Below are positions 9,158-17,299 of a stretch of 17,299 bases of DNA, in pieces. The stretch is from Octopus sinensis (lineage: Eukaryota). The stretch is taken from assembly GCF_006345805.1 (NCBI RefSeq), contig NW_021824875.1, positions 1 through 17,299 on the forward strand. Direction: 5' to 3'. Both the position numbers and the translations under genes were made by a program. The notes below the pieces were generated by a model, which searched no databases, had not been told where the DNA came from, and saw only the letters and a program-made list of their open reading frames with translations. Position 1 is the stretch's first letter, and each line of letters opens with the position of its first letter.

Positions 9158-9855
9158 TATGAAGGGCGAGTTCTACGATTAGCTCTCAATGATAATACGA
9201 AGGTATACAAAGTCAAGATCACTTACTGCTTCTTGGTGACTTTGGCATCAAAGAAGGTGCTCTTCAAGATTCCCAGTCACACTACATGGGACGGACAGTA
9301 TAAAATTAATACCAATAAAAACGAGAAGCGAGTGCTTGAGTTCGTATACTCCACGCATTATACCTCACCAACACTACACCCAAATACAAGCTCAGCGCAA
9401 AATGTATTGGAGACATCCTCACTCTAAACAGTGACACCAAATAGACTAAGTCATCACCACCTGAAAATAGTGCTCATAACTGGATGTTCCAGAGTGCCAA
9501 CTACGTCACGGATCAATCTCTGGTTGGCAGTAAGATCAGACTTTGGTAAAAAAAAAACAACAACAAAAAAGAAACACTTTATCCAAACCCCCACAAGCTA
9601 TCAGGGCATTCATAGTAAGAATTAACGCTCAAAAAAGTAGCGGAGTTCATTAAGTCCCTGGAGATCGCTCTTTATGCCGATTCATGAAGAGATGCTTAGA
9701 TGAGACGGAATCATTCCCAGGGAACTAGCCACAACACTGCATTCAAGGTTTTCGAAAAGATACGAGTAAGACAAAAGCTGTTTTGAAGCAACCCCCAACG
9801 TATGTCCATCGTTATAATCGAAGTAAAGAGTGTTGCATTACTAAAAAGCAAATAC

Positions 9856-10085
9856 ATATTTCTTTACTACCCACAAGGAGCCAAACACAGAGAGGACAAA
9901 CAAGGAAAGACACACGGATTAAGTCGATTATATCGACCCGTTCGTAACTGGTACTTATTTAATCGACCCCGAAAGGATGAAAGGCAAAGTCGACCTCGGC
10001 GGATTTTGAACTCAGAACGTAACGGCAGACGAAATACGGCTACGCATTTCGCCCGGCGTGCTAACATTTCTGCCAGTTCGCCGCC
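9856..10085 (-). mobile_element. tRNA-derived SINE family A, monomer
   Basis: Minus-strand head ggcggcgaactggcagaaatgttagc..gagttcaaaatcc; 15-bp TSD ctaaaaagcaaatac at 9841-9855 and 10100-10114, with 14 extra bases (10086-10099) at the 5' junction. Confidence 0.93.
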
Positions 10086-10280
10086 TTAAATACCATTTGC
10101 TAAAAAGCAAATACCATCCCACTCAGGCATCTCTGTAACTGCTAAGGACAACCATCAGCAAGACTCAGAAATCAAAGAAACGCTACTCAAATGATTAATT
10201 AATTGTAACTTTCTGGGGGCATCCATTCAGGGCTTGATATGGAAAAGGTTCTTGAAGTGAATGAAAAGACCAAGAATACC

Positions 10281-10868
10281 TATTTCTTTATTGCCCACAA
10301 GGGGCTAAACACAGAGAGGACAAACAAGCGGATTAAGTCGATTATATCGACCCCAGTGCGTAACTGGTACTTATTTAATCGACCCCGAATGGATGAAAGG
10401 CAAAGTCGACCTCGGCGGAATTTGAACCCAGAACGTAGAGGCAGACGAAATACCTATTTCTTTATTACCCACAAGGGGCTAAACATAGAGGGGACAAACA
10501 AGGACAGACATAGGTATTAAGTCGATTATATCGACCCAGTGCGTAACTGGTACTTAATTTATCGACCCCGAAAGAATGAAAGGCAAAGTCGACCTCGGCG
10601 GAATTTGAACCCAGAACGTAGCGGCAGACGAAATACCTATTTCTTTATTACCCACAAGGGGCTAAACATAGAGGGGACAAACAAGGACAGACATAGGTAT
10701 TAAGTCGATTACATCGACCCCAGTGCGTAACTAGTACTTAATTTATCGACCCCGAAAGAATGAAAGGCAAAGTCGACCTCGGCGGAATTTGAACCCAGAA
10801 CGTAGCGGCAGACGAAATACCGCTAAGCATTTTGCCCGGCGTGCTAACGCTTCTGCCAGCTCGCCGCC
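10281..10868 (-). mobile_element. SINE family A trimer: one head (10822-10868) plus three body units (10638-10821, 10455-10637, 10281-10454)
   Basis: Unit junctions read gacgaaatacc|tatttcttt; a single TSD (cc)aagaatacc lies at 10270-10280 and 10867-10877. Confidence 0.93.
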
Positions 10869-11128
10869 AAGAATACCATCGACCCAACCCTAGGGTAAGA
10901 GAGCACCATTGAAAACCCACGATATAAAGCATGCTCAAAGACAGAGAGATGGATAGAGGAACTGTCTGAAATCCAATTCGAAGTAAACAGCAGTTCAGAC
11001 AGCAACCTAGAGCCGTGAAATGCTTGCCTACCGTACAGGAGTTTAATATATTGGCGGCTTATCCTCTTGCAAGACTTATCCTCTTGCAAGGTGCACACGT
11101 ACGCAGATGTATACTTAGATGCAGAAGC

Positions 11129-11413
11129 TTCCTCCTCCTCCTCCTCCTCCTCCTCCCTCCCCTCCCCTCCCCCTCCCATCTCCCCATCCCCCTCCTCCCA
11201 TCTCCTCCCACCTCCTCCTCCTCCTCCTCCTCCTCCCATCTCCTTGCTCCCCCCTCTTCCTCCCATCTCCTCCCACCTCCTCCCATCTCCTCCCACCTCC
11301 TCCCATATCTTTCCCCTTCCTTCCCCCTCCTTCTTCGCTTTGCTTTTTCTCTTCCTTTGTTTTTCTACCATCTGCTTGTTTTTATTTCGTTTCCATTCTT
11401 TCTCTTCTTTCTT
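11129..11413. repeat. (CCT)n / CT-rich polypyrimidine low-complexity tract
   Basis: Seen directly. Confidence 0.95.
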
Positions 11414-11639
11414 AGGCTCTAAGGATATCCTGTTAAAATCATCAGCACAAGACAACTGGACATAAAAGGCAGAGATTCCAGGCATGAAAGACTGCTTAAT
11501 CGACGCCTAGTAAAATGGTATCTCGTCGTTAGAGTACTAACTGTTGCTAAAGTCACGGCTGGAGCGACTAGATTTGAAGGCACTGTCTGCTACTGTTGAC
11601 CTAATACACATCATGTAATTAGATCTATATATGCAATGT

Positions 11640-12125
11640 CATTTATGCATGAATACATACATTCGTACATACATACATAGAAACATACGTACGTATGTAG
11701 TATATATATGCATACATGAATACATTCATACATACGTACGTACGTACATACATACATACATACATACATACATACATACATACATACATACATACATACA
11801 TACATACGTACATACATGCATACATAGATGCATACATTCATACATACGTACGTATGTACATACATACATAATACGTAAATGCATACATAAATACGTACTT
11901 ACATTCATACATGCATACATACACACATACATACATACATGCATACGTAAATACGTACATACATACATACATACATACATACTACATACATATACACATA
12001 CGTACATACATGCATGCATACATACACATATACGGGCATACAAACATGCAAACAAATATTCATCCATCCATCCATACATCCTTCCATCCGCACATTTATG
12101 GAATCATACTCATACATACATAATA
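11640..12125. repeat. Degenerate (TACA)n/(TACG) microsatellite
   Basis: Seen directly. Confidence 0.95.
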
Positions 12126-12340
12126 TTTTATATTCCGTGTATCAATAGTTACCAAATCTTATTGAACACTTGAACAAAAGTAGCTTTGACGAACATTATA
12201 TAATACCAATAATTCGATGAAGTTATTTTTTGGTGATCACCTTGGCCACTGTTCAATTTCGGTCAAGATCGAAACATTGCGGTATGTTAGTGAATTGTAA
12301 GATAAGATTGTTATTGAATGTTTAGCACTGAAACTATGAT

Positions 12341-12457
12341 GGAGGGAGCCAGGGGTGGGTGGGGAATATAGGGAATGAGGGAAGGGGCGGGGTGGCTGAT
12401 CGAATAAGTGGTGGTGGTGGTGGTGGTGGTGGTGGTGGTAGTGGTGGGGTGGGGGTA
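12341..12457. repeat. G-rich tract with (GGT)n
   Basis: Seen directly. Confidence 0.9.
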
Positions 12458-12579
12458 AAGAGTTCCCTTGGAAACGTTAGTAATTTCTCTTCAATACAAG
12501 GATATATCTTTTGTTAAACGAATTGAATGTTCAAAGTTAGATACACACATACGCAAATGTATATTCAGAAACATAGTCA

Positions 12580-13925
<1,346 letters not shown>

Positions 13926-13927
<2 letters not shown>

Positions 13928-14097
13928 CTCTTTTACTCTTTTACTCGTTTCAGTCATTTGACTGTGGCCATGCTGGAGCACCGCCTCTAATCTAGCAATT
14001 CGACCCCGGGACTTATTATTCTTTGTAAGCCCAGTACTTATTCTATCGGTCTGTTTTGCCGAACCGCTAAGTGACGGGGACGTAAATACACCAGCAT
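13926..14097 (-). mobile_element. SINE family B, 3' portion only
   Basis: Reverse complement of about 1840-2015; ends in (TA)n. Confidence 0.9.
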
Positions 14098-14134
<37 letters not shown>

Positions 14135-14188
14135 GTATGTATACACACACGCACATGCACATTCATATATGTATTCACACACACACAA

Positions 14189-14225
<37 letters not shown>

Positions 14226-14434
14226 TTCTTGTTTCTTTTAGTTATCATCCAGAAAATTTCGTTGAGTGGTTGCCTCTGTACGTGAGTGTGTGTGTGATGG
14301 TCAGAAGAATGCATCTCTCTGAATGACATATGATGTAGATATGAGATATATACATATACTATTGGATTTAACTTTCTCCTTGTACTAAGTGGTTTATGTT
14401 TGCTGATCTTTAATGTAATAACGCCTATATTAAT

Positions 14435-14825
14435 GGTGGAAGCACTCCGTCGGTTACGACGACGAGGGATCCGGTTGATTCGAATCAACGGAACAGCCTG
14501 CTCGTGAAATTAACGTGTAAGTGGCTGAGCACTCCACAGACACGTGTACCCTTCACGTAGTTCTCGGGGTTGTTCAGCGTGACACAGAGAGTGACAAGGC
14601 CGGCCCTTTGAAATACAAGGTACAACAGAAACAGGAAGTAAGAGTGAGAGAAAGTTGTGGTGAAAGAGTACAGCAGGGATCACCACCATCCCTGCGGAGC
14701 CTCGTGTGGAGCTTTTAGGTGTTTTTCGCTCAACAAACACTCACAAAAACGCCCGTCTGGGAATCGAAACCACGATCCTATGACCGCGAGTCTGCTGCCC
14801 TAACCACTGGGCCATTGCGCCTCCA
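14435..14825 (-). mobile_element. tRNA-derived SINE family C', full length
   Basis: Sister of 3837-4221; 11-bp TSD cctatattaat at 14424-14434 and 14826-14836. Confidence 0.95.
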
Positions 14826-15118
14826 CCTATATTAATATAACGTACACGAACACACACATACACACACATGCACACTTTATCGTGCATATTATCAGGTCTG
14901 GCAAAAAATGATGAATCCACTGCACGGAAAGGTACATAATCGAGATGGAGCCAAATACTACAAGCTCTTTTGTTTTTTCTGGCATTCTGACAAATTTCGC
15001 AAAGTTTTAGTCGAACCGAGGTCATGGTAAGAATACACATGTTCCTGCCTTGCTGGCGTCGAACTCGCAAATAAGTTATTGGGAAGCGAACTTAATTGCA
15101 TGGCCATGTCTGTGCTTA

Positions 15119-15262
15119 GTCATACATACATACATTCATACATACATACATACATACATACATACATACATACATACATACATACATACATACATACATA
15201 CTTACATACATACATACATACTTACATACATACATACATACTTACATACATACATACATACA
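15119..15262. repeat. (TACA)n microsatellite
   Basis: Seen directly. Confidence 0.97.
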
Positions 15263-15327
15263 TATATTTCGTTTTTGGATTTGGTTTGCAAGATTCTTTA
15301 TGTGAGTTCGGGTGTTGAAGCATATTC

Positions 15328-15589
15328 TGTTGTGTCTGGGGAGAGTTATATTTTTTCGTGCCTTATAATTTAACACACTCACCGGTAAAATTTCCAGTTC
15401 TTTCTTTTTTTTTCCCTAAAATTTTCGTTGCGTCTTGCAACCTTTTCAGTAGAGTCAAGACTATTTAAAAGGTTGCAATACGCAACGAAAATTTTAGGAA
15501 AATAAAAAAAAAGAATTAAGTAGAAATTTTATCGGTGAGTGTATTAAATTATAAGGCATAAAAAGGAAATGACTCTCCCCAGACACAAC

Positions 15590-15590
<1 letters not shown>
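15328..15590. repeat. Imperfect long inverted repeat (arms 15328-15446 and 15467-15590, 20-nt loop)
   Basis: tgttgtgtctggggagagt...cgttgcgtcttgcaacctttt pairs with aaaaggttgcaatacgcaacg...actctccccagacacaaca. Confidence 0.9.
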
Positions 15591-15640
<50 letters not shown>

Positions 15641-15750
15641 ATAATTAATAATAATAATAATAATAATGATGATGATGATGATGATGATGATGACGATGAT
15701 GATGATGATGATGATGATGATAACAATAATAATAATAATAATAATAATAA
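15591..15750. repeat. Compound (TA)n(TAA)n(GAT)n(TAA)n microsatellite
   Basis: Seen directly. Confidence 0.97.
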
Positions 15751-16228
15751 TTGTCTTGGTATAAAAGATGGGCTACAGCAAATATTCTGCTCAATACCAC
15801 AGATTTGCTTGTCAGTTGTTTGACCTTAACCAGTTGAGAATGTCCCTTAATGGCTGACGATATATGCATCTCTGATCACGAGCAGAAGTAGTGGGGGAGC
15901 ATCATAGCCATGTGTTGAGAGGTATTGTTTGGGGTTTGAATAATTCACCTCTGGAAACATGGGTGGTTTTTTTCAACATCCTTAAACAACCCTTATTCAG
16001 GGACCTTTTGAGTGGGATGGGCTACTCAACCTGAAGAAAATTCTAACTGGGCCCCACCTGCAAGGTCATGTGCTGTTTATCTTGATATGAGATCACCATG
16101 TCGCGCACATATGGTTGTGATGCATGTGCCTGGTGTACCCTTATCAGACGGGTAGTCATGATGGGTATATTGGGCTTCGTATATTTTACCCCAGTGTCAC
16201 TTTGATGGCATGCACTGCTCTCTCACTC
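15751..16228 (+). mobile_element. Repeat 'D', 5'-truncated copy flanked by (TAA)n on both sides; probable non-LTR 3' UTR (Dong-like)
   Basis: Homologous to 1-290 (inverted); ends ctctctcactc followed by (AAT)n at 16229-16246. Confidence 0.75.
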
Positions 16229-16879
16229 AATAATAATAATAATAATATGGAATATGAAGACTTGTACATCCACTATTTTTATTTGATAGTTATATACGGC
16301 ATATTACAATGACCTATACGTGTTTCCACTGTAGAGACTACACATTGTAGGAGATGCACCCTTGCGATATTGTCAGGGTCCGCCCATTTGAACATATAAG
16401 CAATGCATACACACACGCACACACACACACAGAGACATGCACGCACATGCAGAAACGCACGCATGTATAATAATGATATATATGTACATGGGTGTGCATA
16501 TGCTAGCGTATGTGTGGATGTGTGCATGCTTGTATGTTTGTTTATTTGAGTGAATAACCATAAATTCAGTAGTTGTCCTGTTTCCAATCTGATCAATGAA
16601 AAAACTTCAACTGACGAACTTACAACTGAAACGACAACAACCTTAAACAATGTCCCGACTGAATGTCATTAAAAAAGCAGCCAATGAAAAGAGAATGAAT
16701 CCTATCCAATTTCAAATTATTTGGTGTATATAAAGAAGAGAGCTCTCGCTTAAAGATCACAGCGCCATGAATCTGGAGTTGCGAAAAAAAGGGACCTAGT
16801 TCAAATAAATAGCAGCCTCTCCAAAATATATTGAGTGATTTTACGTTTACGAACTGCAACATTTAAATATGCGAACTTA

Positions 16880-17106
16880 AGCGTGGCTGTGTGGTAAGAA
16901 GTTTGCTTATCAACCGCATAGTTTCGAGTTTAGTCCTACTGCATGACAACTTGGTCAAGAAGTGGCTTCTCCCATTGCCTCGGGCTGACCAAAGCTTTCT
17001 GAGTGGATTTGGTAGACGGAAACTGAATGAAGCTCACTGTACATACATGTATATATTTATGTGTATCTTAGTGTCTGTGTATGTTCCCCACAACTGCTTG
17101 ACAACC
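16880..17106 (+). mobile_element. SINE family B, 5' half, interrupted by a family A copy
   Basis: Matches 1600-1836 up to gcttgacaacc. Confidence 0.88.
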
Positions 17107-17299
17107 TATTTCTTTACTACCCACAAGGGACTAAACACAGAGAGGACAAACAAAGGGATTAAGTCGATTATATCGACCCCAGTGCGTAACTGGTACTTAA
17201 TTTATCGACCCCGAAAGGATGAAAGGCAAGTCAACCTCGGCGGAATTTGAACTCAGAACGTAACGGCAGGCGAAAACGGCTACGCATTTCGTCCGACAT
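17107..17299 (-). mobile_element. SINE family A nested in SINE B; runs off the window end
   Basis: Matches 9856-10060. Confidence 0.92.

Larger units (their letters stand above)
9158..11600 (+). pseudogene. Decayed RTE-clade LINE ORF (C-terminal half of AP-endonuclease to start of RT), interrupted at 9856-10099, 10281-10866 and about 11092-11415
   Basis: Collinear motifs across stops and frameshifts: KGEFYD*LSMIIR, HLLLLGDF, NEKRVLEF, MYWRHPHSKQ*HQID*VIT, SANYVTDQSLVGSKIRL, VAEFIKSLEIAL, IEVKSVALLK, RYSND, NTIDPT..APLK, ERWIEELSEI, AVKCLP, LSSCK, AEIPGMKD, NGISSL. Confidence 0.85.

Noticed and set aside
10281-10868. Regular repeats that might suggest a CRISPR array or satellite
   Set aside because: The units are ~180-bp SINE bodies with no unique spacers, in a eukaryotic context with no cas genes.
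11416-11517. Possible exon after a strong polypyrimidine tract and AG (ttcttag|gctc)
   Set aside because: All three frames stop within 17 codons, the donor is weak, and the sequence translates as the continuation of the RTE remnant (AEIPGMKD, NGISSL).
12245-12290. Possible hammerhead ribozyme (stem followed by GAAAC) or a gtatgt splice donor
   Set aside because: The CUGANGA core is absent (ctgttca), and no matching acceptor or open frame was found.
14895-14940. tatcaggtctggcaaaaaatg resembling a Tc1/mariner terminal repeat
   Set aside because: No partner inverted repeat or transposase remnant was found in the window.

Overview
Eukaryotic, gene-free, repeat-saturated DNA. The tRNA-derived SINE families, R4/Dong- and RTE-type LINE remnants and dense (TACA)n/(TCTA)n/(TAA)n/(CA)n microsatellites look like octopus (coleoid cephalopod) intergenic or intronic sequence; this taxonomic call is recognition from memory, not a database result. 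None of the listed ORFs is a credible host gene: they are microsatellite translations, SINE read-throughs or decayed retrotransposon frames. Main contents: a decayed R4/Dong-clade reverse transcriptase fragment (581-2338) split by two SINEs; a decayed RTE-clade LINE (about 8020-11600) with nested SINEs and a Helitron-like GC-rich segment; 12 SINE insertions (six with clear 11-15 bp target-site duplications); several LINE 3' ends, each embedded in its own microsatellite type; a perfect 218-bp inverted SINE pair; and a roughly 120-bp-arm palindrome. Best leads: (1) microsatellite-resident non-LTR elements; (2) a SINE that shares its 3' tail with a (TCTA)n-resident L1/Tx1-like LINE and forms a head-to-tail trimer at an internal copy of its own insertion motif AATACC; (3) the perfect inverted repeat; (4) the CpG-rich promoter-like cassette inside the Helitron-like segment.
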